DNA of 63,929 bases, filler included, from Octopus bimaculoides (GCF_001194135.2; 9 parts of 8 records of this genome joined end to end with filler, not necessarily neighbours in it); one strand, 5' to 3'; counted from the whole stretch's first letter, positions 24,353-36,029 are shown. Notes: a model not told the origin generated them from the sequence alone. A program made the numbers and translations.

Positions 24353-24795
24353 AGCAAATTTAAAATGAAAAAAGCAAATAAAACGAAGGTNNNNNNNNNN
24401 NNNNNNNNNNNNNNNNNNNNNNNNNNNNNNNNNNNNNNNNNNNNNNNNNNNNNNNNNNNNNNNNNNNNNNNNNNNNNNNNNNNNNNNNNNNNNNNNNNNN
24501 NNNNNNNNNNNNNNNNNNNNNNNNNNNNNNNNNNNNNNNNNNNNNNNNNNNNNNNNNNNNNNNNNNNNNNNNNNNNNNNNNNNNNNNNNNNNNNNNNNNN
24601 NNNNNNNNNNNNNNNNNNNNNNNNNNNNNNNNNNNNNNNNNNNNNNNNNNNNNNNNNNNNNNNNNNNNNNNNNNNNNNNNNNNNNNNNNNNNNNNNNNNN
24701 NNNNNNNNNNNNNNNNNNNNNNNNNNNNNNNNNNNNNNNNNNNNNNNNNNNNNNNNNNNNNNNNNNNNNNNNNNNNNNNNNNNNNNNNNNNNNNN

Positions 24796-24830
<35 letters not shown>

Positions 24831-25081
24831 ATTATACACGCTCACGAAAACATGAGTGGTCGCAGGTGTAAATATATAAACGTATGTGCATATATGTCTG
24901 TATGCCTTTAGATAGATAGATAAATAGAGAGAGGGGGAAGGAGGAAGAGAGAAAAAGAGACAGGGAAAGTGAGACAAAGTGAAAGAGATTTAGTCATGTG
25001 TGCGTAGCTGTACGTTCTAATATGCAGTGAAAGGTATGGAAAACAGGTCAGGCATAAACTGGAGGCTCGCTCAATAACTGT

Positions 25082-25116
25082 TGTCTGAAGAAGGCAACGA
25101 AGTCGAAACTGTCATG
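25082..25116 (+). ncRNA. Minimal hammerhead-like motif, canonical core, weak stem I
   Basis: tgt CTGAAGA A GGC aacgaa GTC GAAA C t G TC atg. Confidence 0.45.
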
Positions 25117-25183
25117 TCATTGCTAATGTTTAACTTCTATGGGTAAATGTATATGTACAAACGAACGTGTGTGTGTACCCACA

Positions 25184-25219
<36 letters not shown>

Positions 25220-25267
25220 GATATACATATATACATAGATACACAGGCACACGCACGCATTCGTATG

Positions 25268-25304
<37 letters not shown>

Positions 25305-25876
25305 GTGTGCATGTGTATATATTTGTATGTATATATTTGTATATATATATGTATATATATATATGTATATATANNNNNNNNNNNNNNNNNNNNNNNNNNN
25401 NNNNNNNNNNNNNNNNNTTAATTAATTAANNNNNNNNNNNNNNNNNNNNNNNNNNNNNNNNNNNNNNNNNNNNATATATATAAGTGTCTGTATATATGTT
25501 TATGTATCTATATATATAGATACATACTTATAAATATATATGTGTACATATTTATACATACAATACATACACACACACTCATATAAATAAATATGAGAAA
25601 TTTTATATCCATTAACAGTTTTGAAGTGATAAAATATTTAATTATTTCTTCCACATAAAACACTTTATTTAAGAGAGGTCGGTATTATCGTAATGTCGTA
25701 TCATCGATTAACCGAGCTTTGATACATTTCAAGAATTTATCATATATTTCTGTTATTCTAGTAAAATAATATATTCAGTCTGGGACAGAGTTTCATTGGT
25801 ATGCACTCAACAGAATCTTTAATCCGATGGCGATGACATCATTTAATACCAAGATTCAAATTTCATACACACATAC

Positions 25877-26008
25877 ATGAATTTTTCAAAATATCTTAAT
25901 AGTTTGTTGTGTGGGTGTGCTGTTGAGGCTAGACCACGGTGGTGACTGGTTGAATTGATGAATGAAAATCTGTTTCTTGAGCTGAGTGTAGAAGTAACTG
26001 AACAACAT
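25877..26008 (-). CDS. Candidate exon B, product unknown (CCSVTSTLSSRNRFSFINSTSHHRGLASTAHPHNKLLRYFEKF)
   Basis: aaacgtttgcag| acceptor, CAT|GTATGT donor, 132 nt open only in phase 2 to 2, compatible with candidate exon C. Confidence 0.3.
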
Positions 26009-26709
26009 CTGCAAACGTTTAACAGAGGATTTTAATATCACACAAATAGACAAACTGCGTTGGCCTTTTACAGATAACAACAGCGGTAATTACATACTAG
26101 GAGAGAGACACTGCTTGGAGTTTGTGGTAATCTATTGATACAAGGACCTGCAGTTTGGGTCATCTGGTTGGTTAAAAATGTGTTTTGTTTGGGGTTGTAT
26201 GAATGAAGAAACATAGCACTCAGCTGCCTCGACATTCTGCAATTAATTACTACGAAAAGCAGTTTTTATAGGGTGCAAAACAAGATACTAGAACATTAAA
26301 TGATGTGATGGCTTGACACTGATTGTGTGCTTAATAAACTGATCATGTGAAACTAATGTGGTTTGGTCATGATGTCTGACTGGTTACCATGAGGGTCAGC
26401 TTAGAATCTCTGTTTCAAATTATTCTTTTTGCTTTTGCTTTCAGTTTGGACTCAGTTCTCTGCTCTATGCAAATATTATAATGACATAAGCTCAGAGGTT
26501 GTTGATTGAGGAATTTTACGATTGGTATTTCAAGCATGACCATTCACATTCAACTTACCTTTAAGGTTAACTTAGTTAATGGTTAGAGAGAGAGAGAGGG
26601 AGGCAGAAAAAGAGAAATGCCTCCTTAGTGATGAAAGTGAGATGGCTCCTCTCACTCACTAACTCAGTCTTGATGGGTCATCTTATATGTACAGTAATGA
26701 TCTACCTAC

Positions 26710-26743
<34 letters not shown>

Positions 26744-27349
26744 GTCTATGGAGAGGAGGAGGAGATGATGATGATGATAATCATATCCGTTTATATTCTG
26801 AGTTTAAATTCCACCCTGGTTCGCTTTTGTGATTTGCTCAACCGAGGCTGATAAAATAAATTTCAGGATTGCTGTAATACACAATACCATAGAACGTGAT
26901 GTATTAGTGAGGTCACAGTTCAAAGAATAAAAGAATTAAAGAATTACAGACTAAAAGATATAGTCATGTTGTGGAATCATAATTGAAGGATTCACCCTAA
27001 GTTCTTTGTGCCACTGTATAAGAATTTAAATGATTGCACAGTTTCAAAGACATTTCTTTTTTTTTTCCTTTTCTTTTTTGTCAGAATTTGCTAAATTTGC
27101 CATCATGATAATGTGAAGAAACGGCCATTAAGAAAATGGATTTTAATTTGCATAGCGTGATGTAATTTGCATACTGGTGTTAGTTTAACAACAATTAGGA
27201 ATTACTTGTACACCAACAATTATCGTATGGAAAAATGTCAATGAGTAAAAGACAAAAAAATAAGCAACAGACAAAATTTGTTGTTCTAAAACAAGTAATT
27301 TTGATGTGGAATGAAAACTTGCAACTACACCTACAAGTTGTTGGTACAA

Positions 27350-27735
27350 CCATGGCTGTGTGGTTAGAAGTTTACTTCCCAACCACATGGTTCTGGGTTC
27401 AGTTCCACTTCTTGGAAACTTCAGCAGCTGTCGTTTACTGTAGCCTTGGACAGACCAAAGCCTTGTGAGTGGATTTTGGTAGACGGAAACTGAAAGGAGT
27501 CCATCGTATATACTTAATCTTTCTTTTACGTGTTACAGTCATTTGACTGCAGCCATGCTGGAGCACCATCTTTAGTCAAACAAATCAACCCCAGGACCTA
27601 TGTGTAAGCCTGTAAGCCTAGCCTAGTACTCATTCTATTGGTCTCTTTGACCGAATAGCTAAGTTACAGGGACGTAAACACACCAGCATCAGTTGTCAAG
27701 TGATGATGGTGGGGACAAGCTCAGATACACAAACA
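27350..27735. mobile_element. SINE family A head (+, 27350-27510) and a tail on the minus strand (27530-27735)
   Basis: catggctgtgtggttagaag...gacggaaactgaaagg; then cagtcatttgactgcagccatgctggagcacc... Confidence 0.85.
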
Positions 27736-27754
27736 AATATATTACATATGTATG

Positions 27755-27792
<38 letters not shown>

Positions 27793-27862
27793 AGGATTTC
27801 CTTTTCGTAATGAGATAAAAAAACCAAGGCTGTGTATAATATAGAACATTTATAAATAGAAG

Positions 27863-27910
27863 GTCTTACAGCTGTTTCCAGGATATTTATTATATCCCTT
27901 CATCGGAGAC
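27863..27910 (-). ncRNA. Minimal type-I hammerhead ribozyme, U4C core variant
   Basis: gtct CCGATGA a gggatat aataa atatcct g GAAA cagctg TA agac: 4-bp stem I, 7-bp stem II, palindromic stem III (ACAGCTGT), GUA triplet. Confidence 0.75.
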
Positions 27911-28589
27911 GGTGTGAGAGGATAATTAAGGAATAGTTAGTTTAGATAAGATAGGAAATAAAGAGTGAATGTAGAGATATTGTATTTGTAGATCCATTGT
28001 TTAGGCAGAATGGTATACATATAAGATTACAATACCTTGTGAGTAAAATCCAATATTCTTTAAGATTGGTCATTGCCTTTGTAAATCAATTATTAAGACC
28101 AAAGCCTTGCAAGTGGNNNNNNNNNNNNNNNNNNNNNNNNNNNNNNNNNNNNNNNNNNNNNNNNNNNNNNNNNNNNNNNNNNNNNNNNNNNNNNNNNNNN
28201 NNNNNNNNNNNNNNNNNNNNNNNNNNNNNNNNNNNNNNNNNNNNNNNNNNNNNNNNNNNNNNNNNNNNNNNNNNNNNNNNNNNNNNNNNNNNNNNNNNNN
28301 NNNNNNNNNNNNNNNNNNNNNNNNNNNNNNNNNNNNNNNNNNNNNNNNNNNNNNNNNNNNNNNNNNNNNNNNNNNNNNNNNNNNNNNNNNNNNNNNNNNN
28401 NNNNNNNNNNNNNNNNNNNNNNNNNNNNNNNNNNNNNNNNNNNNNNNNNNNNNNNNNNNNNNNNNNNNNNNNNNNNNNNNNNNNNNNNNNNNNNNNNNNN
28501 NNNNNNNNNTGGCCACAGTCAAATGACTGAAACAATTAAAAGAATAAAAGAATAACTCAGTGATTATTAGAAACCCAAGAAGAATCATA

Positions 28590-29110
28590 CACACTAGTTG
28601 ATTACATTGACCCCAGTACTTAACTGGTACATATTTCATTGGTAAAGGCACATGGTTCAGTGGTTAGAGCATTGGGCTCACTATCATGAGGTAGTGAGTT
28701 CAATTCCTGGATCTGTCTGTGTGTTGTGTTATTGAGCAAGACACTTTATTTCATGATGCTTCAGTTCACTCAGCTGTAGAAATGAATTGCCATGCTGTAT
28801 TGGCCCCTTTGCCTTTCCTTTGGATAACATCAGCGGCATGGAGAGAAGAGTCTGGTATGCATGAATGACTGTTGGGGTCTTCCATAAAACAACCGTACCC
28901 GGACATGTGCCTCAGTGGGGAACTTTCTAGGTGCAATCCCATGGACATTCATGACTGAAATGATGTCTTTACCCCTTATTTCATCAACCCCGAAATGATA
29001 AAAGGCAAAGTCTACCTTGGTGGCATTTGAACTCAAAATGTAAAAACCAGACGAAACAGCACTAACCATTTCATCTGACATCTTCACAATTCTACCAGCT
29101 CACCACAATT
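28590..29110 (-). mobile_element. SINE family B interrupted by a family C SINE
   Basis: Family B sequence resumes after the insert; tatttcat is duplicated at 28632-28639 and 28977-28984. Confidence 0.85.
28640..28976 (+). mobile_element. SINE family C (tRNA head plus CORE-like segment)
   Basis: catggttcagtggttagagc...gagttcaattcc...gtgttgtgttattgagcaagacactttatttc; homologous to 50195-50525. Confidence 0.9.
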
Positions 29111-29589
29111 CTACATAGCTTTATAATGGAAGGAGACTCAACAAATATATCTAAAATTCTCTGTAAGCATAGTATTTTCGCTTAGATGCCTAAATATATA
29201 ATTAACTTTATTAATATTTTTTTTTTTCCTCTCCATCTTACAATTTTACAAATGTTACATCATGTTGTTTTAAGGCTTCAATTTATGCACGGCTAAAATG
29301 ATACAAATATTTATATCCTTCTTCTCGAAATAATGGCACTGTTGGAAGATTTTAATGCTATAGAATACCATTTGCAATTAGGTATTAACATTGTATTCAT
29401 TGTTCTAGAGGCACGGTTTCTTAAGAATCATTCCATCAATGTAAAATGTAAGATATAATTTAAATACGATTCTCTACGTTGTATATTGAATAGAGATTGA
29501 ATGTGATAAATTTCATATTGATAAACCATTGTTATTATCTCTTGGCATTTAAGGCACCTAATCTGATTGTTTGAGTGTTACAGTCCCAT

Positions 29590-29714
29590 ATTTCATTTAA
29601 CCGTTACCTACTACTGCTGTTACACCTACCACTGCGACTACTGGTGGCGGCGCTGCTGTTGTCACTGCTGCTGCTGCTGCTACTACTACTACTAACAGCA
29701 GCAGCAGCACCACC

Positions 29715-29770
<56 letters not shown>

Positions 29771-30290
29771 CACTACTACTACTATCACCACAGTCACTAC
29801 TACTACTACGACAACTACCAACACCACCACCACCACCACCACCACAATTTCCATCATTGTCAATCCCTCCTCCATCTCTGCTGTTGGCCGTTATCTTCGT
29901 TTGCAAACTCTATCATTAACATCTCTCTCTCTCTCTCTTCCTCCTTGTTTTCCTTCTGCTAATCTGAATCATTGTTCTTCTTGTTGTTATCATCGTTGTC
30001 CTCATTATCAGTGTCGTCATGGTAACAATTAGACTCTGCGTTTTTATCGAGGCCACCATCACCCTTTATCATCATCTTCATCATTTGTAATCACCTTCAT
30101 CATCGTCGTCATCACCATCACCATCATCATCGTCATTGTAATCATTATTCTTCATTGTCGTCATCATCACCATCATCATCATAACAAACCCCAGCCACCA
30201 GCATCATCACAGCCATCAACACCCCACTCACCACCACCACCACCACCATCATCATCATCATTCATTATTGTCATTCTTTATCATTGTCAT
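29590..30290. repeat. Compound trinucleotide low-complexity tracts (CTA/CTG/CCA; CAT/CAC)
   Basis: Visible simple repeats; source of the poly-L/V/S ORFs in the track. Confidence 0.95.
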
Positions 30291-30369
30291 CATGTTTTTG
30301 TTATCATTGGTAATTCGTGATCTGTTTTTATTTCATTCTGATAATAAAGGGATGATTAGAATTATATAT

Positions 30370-30426
<57 letters not shown>

Positions 30427-30814
30427 TATATGTATATATGTATATATATGTGTGTATATTTGTTTCTTTATTATTCATTATTACATTGAAACAAAGAATA
30501 CCAGTGGATTTGTAAAATTGGAAGAACAACAGATAAAATAAAATAAGATAAAATATAGAAAAAAAAAACTCCCTTGCAATATTTTTTTCACATCTAGTTG
30601 TTAAATTCAAATCCGATAGGCATCAACTTTCTCTTTCATTCTTACCAGAGGCATGGAAGGAGATAAATGGTATACCAGTAAAATACTTGGGTTTGATGGG
30701 AATTGATTATGCTGTTATCCCCTTGAAATTTGCAGCCTTTTGCCTTTAGGGGAATTAATTCTTTAAAATTTTAGAATTACAAAATTTTAAAATCAGAAGA
30801 GATGGTCAGATGCA

Positions 30815-31140
30815 GGAATGGCTGTGTGGTATGATGTTTGCTTCCCAACCACATGGTTCTGGGTTCAGTCCCACTGCATGGCACCTTGCATAAGTGTCTT
30901 CTACTTTAGCCTCAGGCTGACCAAAACCATGTGAGTGGATTTAGTTGATGGAAACTGAAAGAAGCCCAGAATTTATATGTGTGTGTGTGTCTTTGTGAAT
31001 GTATGTGTGTGTGTGTTTTGAGGCTGTGTTTGTCTGTCCACCCCCTATCCCATCGCTTGACAAGCAGTGTTGGTTTGTTTACATCACTGTAACTTACCGG
31101 TTCAGCAAAAGAGACCAATAGAATTAACTGTTAGCCTTAA
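30815..31140 (+). mobile_element. SINE family A, 3'-truncated
   Basis: caggaatggctgtgtgg...gaaactgaaagaagccc...caaaagagaccaatagaat. Confidence 0.9.
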
Positions 31141-31168
31141 AGAAAAACAAAGAACAAAAATAAATATA

Positions 31169-31330
31169 GGCGCAGGAGTGGCTGTGTGGTAAGTAGCTTT
31201 CTTACTAACCACATGGTTCTGGGTTCAGTCCCACAGTGTAGCACCTTGGGTAATTGTCTTCTACTATAGCCTTGGGCCGACCAAAGCCTTGTGAGTGGAT
31301 CTGGTAGACAGAAACTGAAAGAAGCCCATC

Positions 31331-31369
<39 letters not shown>

Positions 31370-31563
31370 TATGTTTGTGTGTCTGTGTTTGTCCCCTCCA
31401 ACATCGCTTGATAACCGATGCTGATGTGTTTATGTCCCTGTCACTTAGCGATTCGGCAAGAGGAACCGATAGAATAAGTCCTGGGGTTGATTTGCTTGAC
31501 TAAAGGTGGTGCTCCAGCATAGCCACAGTCAAATGACTGAAACAAATAAAAGAATAAAAGAAT
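31169..31563 (+). mobile_element. SINE family A, reference full-length copy (tRNA-like head, CORE-like segment, internal (TA)n, ~190-bp tail)
   Basis: ggcgcaggagtggctgtgtggtaag...gggttcagtccc...gcaccttgggtaa...(TA)n...gactgaaacaaataaaagaataaaag. Confidence 0.9.
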
Positions 31564-31794
31564 TGGGGGTTGATTCATTCAACTAATTCTTCAAGGCAGT
31601 GCTCCAGTATGGTCGCAGTTTAATAACTGAAACAAGGAAAAAATAAAAAGATAAAATGTTAATTAAAGACCCTTAACGACCACTTTGCATAAAAGAATAA
31701 TAAAAGAAAATAAATTTCTTTCTATATTTCGGTTGAGAAAATTGTCCTGATTTTAAAATAACTAATAGCAACGGAAGCCATATTATTATTTTTT

Positions 31795-32142
31795 ATTTAC
31801 TTGTTTCAGTCATTTGACTGAGGCCATGCTGGAGCATCGCTTTTAGTCAAACAAATCGACCCCAGGACTTATTCTTTGTAAACCTAGTACTTATTCTATC
31901 GGTCTCTTATTTTTGCCGAACCGCTAAGTTAAGGGGACGTAAACAAACCAACATCGGTTGTCAAGCAATGGTGGTGGGGACAAACCCAGACACACACACA
32001 CATATATATATCGTTATATGTTGTTATATATTGTTATATTTTGCTCCATTTTTACAAAACTGTCCAATGAACGGAAACGTGAAACTCTGAGTAACAGTTT
32101 TTGTTCTATTTCTGCTGCTTTTAAATAAAGTATATATATACA

Positions 32143-32186
<44 letters not shown>

Positions 32187-32320
32187 CAATGGGCTTCTTT
32201 CAGTTTCTGTCTGCCAAATTCACTCACATTGGTCAGCTTGAGGCTATTGTTGAAGATACTTGGCCAAGGTGCCATGCAGTGGGACTGAACCCAGAACCAT
32301 GAGGTTGGTAAGCAAGCTAC
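31795..32320 (-). mobile_element. SINE family A, with an inserted hammerhead-bearing fragment and a head truncated by a MITE
   Basis: Tail 31795-31990 and head 32185-32320 on the minus strand. Confidence 0.85.
32060..32097 (+). ncRNA. Minimal type-I hammerhead-like motif (core CCAATGA, probably decayed)
   Basis: ctgt CCAATGA ACG gaaa CGT GAAA CTCTGAG TA acag: stems I, II and III all pair; the 3' half recurs at ~39697. Confidence 0.65.
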
Positions 32321-32556
32321 CAAAAAGCAATCTTTATATCCAACTTAAACTGTATGTAACATTAAAGCACTGAATATTGTGTTATTTACTTTGAGAGGAC
32401 CTCTCATATGAACGCAGCGCTAGCGTTAAAAGCATGCATGCTTTTATGCACCATGGATCCACATGAGAGGTCCTCTCAAGGTAAATGACAGAATTCAGTG
32501 CTCTAACAAGACATCCACTTGAAGATGGATTTAAAGATTGCCTTTTGGTATTAATA
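32318..32556. mobile_element. Fold-back MITE-like element with nested inverted repeats
   Basis: taccaaaaagcaatcttta/taaagattgccttttggta; agcactgaat/attcagtgct; ttgagaggacctctcat/atgagaggtcctctcaa. Confidence 0.8.
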
Positions 32557-32688
32557 CCACTTGGCACTAATCCCACCTTCAAATCCCAATGTCAATTTTC
32601 CCTTTCATTTTTTTTGATTTGATAAATACAGCAATAGTCCAGTCTCTCTATCTCGCTCTCACTGTCTCTCTCCCTCTCTCACTTTCTC

Positions 32689-32724
<36 letters not shown>

Positions 32725-32858
32725 ATGGAGTAATTACTATGAAGCATTGTGTAGAATATATTGTATAAAGGATTGTGGGTAAGGCCAGAACAATGCGAAG
32801 TAAATGCAAGGTAAATCACAAGAAAACAAATATGTGAATTAACGTAGACTTACCTTGT

Positions 32859-32954
32859 ATTCAATATTTTGGGGTTATGACCCCATTTGCAAGAAACTGA
32901 CGGCAACAATCATCAGTTTCTTGAAAATGGGGTCATAACCCCGAAATATTGAAT
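32859..32954. repeat. Fold-back (42-bp arms, 12-nt loop) formed by two opposed hammerhead-like copies
   Basis: Arms 32859-32900 and 32913-32954 with 2 mismatches. Confidence 0.9.
32918..32953 (+). ncRNA. Minimal type-I hammerhead-like motif, U3-A8 core variant
   Basis: ttc TTGAAAA T GGGG tcataa CCCC GAAA TA TT gaa. Confidence 0.55.
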
Positions 32955-32989
32955 TTAAAGTAACTCTAATTTTTTCTACTCTCAGCACC

Positions 32990-33190
32990 AGGCTTTGAAA
33001 ATTTTGGGGGGAAGGGGGTTAGTTGATTACATCAAGCCCCAGTGTGTAACTGGTATTTATTTCATCAACCCCGAAAGGATGAAAGGCAAAGTCGACCTCA
33101 GTGGAATTTGAACTCAGAATGTAGCAACGGGTGAAATACTGCTAAGCATTTTGTGCGGTGTGCTAATGGTTCTGCCAGCTCACCACCTTA
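32990..33190 (-). mobile_element. SINE family B, followed by a (TAA)n tract
   Basis: gattacatcaagccccagtg...aaaggcaaagtcgacctcagtggaatttgaactcagaa...ctgccagctcacc. Confidence 0.9.
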
Positions 33191-33195
33191 AAACA

Positions 33196-33260
<65 letters not shown>

Positions 33261-33398
33261 GTGAACAATCTGGTGTGTTTATTTTGATGGCCTACCAATG
33301 TATACAGTGCATTTCTCTGCTCTAGGTGTCAGGAAGACACTCAGCCACTCAGCAAGAAATGGAAACAGAATTGAAAGAAGATGATAATAATAATAATA

Positions 33399-33462
<64 letters not shown>

Positions 33463-34025
33463 TGATAATAATTGCAATATTAATGATTGTGGTTTCTGCT
33501 TTTATGACAAGGCTGGCCATTTAAGGGAAGAGGATTAATGGATGGCATCCCCCCCCCCACTTGACCTGTACTTTATTTAATTAAGGCCCATAAGGATGAA
33601 AGGCAAAGTTGACCTTGGCAGTATTTGAACTTGGAATGCAAAACAGCCGGAAAGAAAAAAAAAAAAAGAATGAGACATTGGCATTTTTCTGATGGTGTAA
33701 CAATTTTGCTTGTTCGCTACTCTGTATGATGATGATGACGATGATGATGGTGATGATGATAATGATGGTGGTTGTGACAATGATGATGAGAAAAGTGATG
33801 ATGATGATGATGATGTTGTTGATGGTGGCAGTGGTGGTGGTGGTGATGATGATGATGNNNNNNNNNNGTGCTGATAACAATGATGGTGATGATGATGATG
33901 ATGGGAATTGTAACAACGATGATGATGATGATGATGATGACGAACCATTTCTAAAGATATGTTTGTTTGTTTTTGCTTTTTAAGTTTAGCCTTTGTCTCA
34001 CAAGTTCCCACATTCCTTTCTGTAC

Positions 34026-34074
34026 TTCCAGATGTACCGCCATAATAAAGTTCTACTTGTCATAATGACTCCAT
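34026..34074 (-). CDS. Weak candidate exon (GVIMTSRTLLWRYIW)
   Basis: attgtgtttcttcag| acceptor, only phase 1 open, weak GAA|GTACAG donor; phase-compatible with candidate exon B. Confidence 0.15.
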
Positions 34075-34299
34075 CTGAAGAAACACAATAGCAGCCATGT
34101 TGGGGCAACAAATCCATTTATTCAGCTAATAGCCAAGATTTACTTTCGATCGAAAACAACAAATTCAAGAACGTAAGCAATTAATTTTTATTTCAAATAC
34201 ATTCAAAGATATTCTGAAGAAATAATTCGAGGAATTTGACTTAGAATAAATGAAATATTACTGAAAAATAACTAGCATTGTGTTGCAGTTCCTGCCATG

Positions 34300-34363
34300 C
34301 AAAGGGATTGCCATGTAATATATATATACACACACACACATATATATATATACACACATATAC

Positions 34364-34451
<88 letters not shown>

Positions 34452-34964
34452 ATATATATATGTATATATGTATGTATATATATGTATATATGTATATATA
34501 TATATGTATATATGTATATATATATATGTATATATGTATATATATATATGTATATATGTATATATATATATATGTATATATGTATATATATATATATATG
34601 TACACATATATATAAACATATATATATATATATAAATACACACACATATATATATATATATACACATATTATAAATGTATATATACATATTATGTATACA
34701 TATACATATGCATACACACATACGTATATATATACACACATATATATACACACACACACACATATATATATATACACATATATACATATATATATATTTT
34801 TATTAATTTATATACATACAAAAAACACACACATTCATATATATATCCAAGGTGCATGTGCATATATGCGTATATCTATAAACCCATCCACCCATCTATC
34901 TATCTATCTGTCTACCTATCTATCTATACAAACACACACACACACACATATTTGTATAGATATG

Positions 34965-34997
<33 letters not shown>

Positions 34998-35159
34998 TTG
35001 TATTGTCTGTGCATGCATTTGTGTATGCACACGCATGTGTGTGTGTGTGTGTGTGTGTGTGCATATATCTTGAACAATAACACCAAAGCCAGTCAATGTC
35101 ACATGAAGGAATTTGGTATTTAGAGACTAGAGAAACAGAGAATGTTTCTTGTATACATT

Positions 35160-35204
<45 letters not shown>

Positions 35205-35220
35205 TATATACGAATAATAT
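34300..35220. repeat. Large (TA)n/(TATG)/(CA) compound microsatellite
   Basis: Visible simple repeat; source of the poly-YI/IY ORFs. Confidence 0.95.
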
Positions 35221-35679
35221 ATATGTATATGTTTCCATGAAGCATTGTGTGGTGTATATATAAATGTTATAATTTGTTTCTATAAAGCCAGAACAATGTG
35301 AGATACAAANNNNNNNNNNNNNNNNNNNNNNNNNNNNNNNNNNNNNNNNNNNNNNNNNNNNNNNNNNNNNNNNNNNNNNNNNNNNNNNNNNNNNNNNNNN
35401 NNNNNNNNNNNNNNNNNNNNNNNNNNNNNNNNNNNNNNNNNNNNNNNNNNNNNNNNNNNNNNNNNNNNNNNNNNNNNNNNNNNNNNNNNNNNNNNNNNNN
35501 NNNNNNNNNNNNNNNNNNNNNNNNNNNNNNNNNNNNNNNNNNNNNNNNNNNNNNNNNNNNNNNNNNNNNNNNNNNNNNNNNNNNNNNNNNNNNNNNNNNN
35601 NNNNNNCCTCTCTCTCTCCTTCACTCTCCCTCTCTCACCTTCTCTGTTCTTCTCTCCTATTCCAGCTTACAAGGGTAAG

Positions 35680-35830
35680 CATAGCCATGTAGTTAAGACA
35701 CCGGCTTTGCAACAAATTGGCTTTGGGTTCAGTCCCACCACAGGTCACCTTGAGCAAATGTTTTCTACCATAGCCCTGAGATGATCAATGCCTTGTGAGT
35801 GAATCTGGTAGATGGAAACTGTATGGAAAC
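35680..35830 (+). mobile_element. SINE family A head
   Basis: gggttcagtcccacc...accttgagcaaatg...gatggaaactg. Confidence 0.8.
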
Positions 35831-35831
35831 C

Positions 35832-35872
<41 letters not shown>

Positions 35873-35876
35873 GTTC

Positions 35877-35912
35877 CTTTCTGTCGAAGAGCGTAGGCTT
35901 GAAACGTAAAAG
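35877..35912 (+). ncRNA. Minimal type-I hammerhead-like motif, A6U core, in a ~130-bp PLE-type repeat
   Basis: cttt CTGTCGA A GAGC gtag GCTT GAAA CG TA aaag. Confidence 0.6.
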
Positions 35913-36029
35913 ACTTTCTTACTTCCCAAGCATTAAACTAATACACCTGTTTGTTGCTTACACACCTGTCTTCATCGTTTATGTTTTTGTAAATTCTCAC
36001 TATATATAGGTATATATATACATATATAT

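Noticed and set aside
29575-29919. Poly-L/V/S/G ORFs on both strands
   Set aside because: Compound trinucleotide repeat; open frames on both strands, no domain or splice context
33326-33538. Poly-N ORF after a good ctctag acceptor
   Set aside because: Open frame is due to (AAT)n; ends in a stop with no support for a terminal exon
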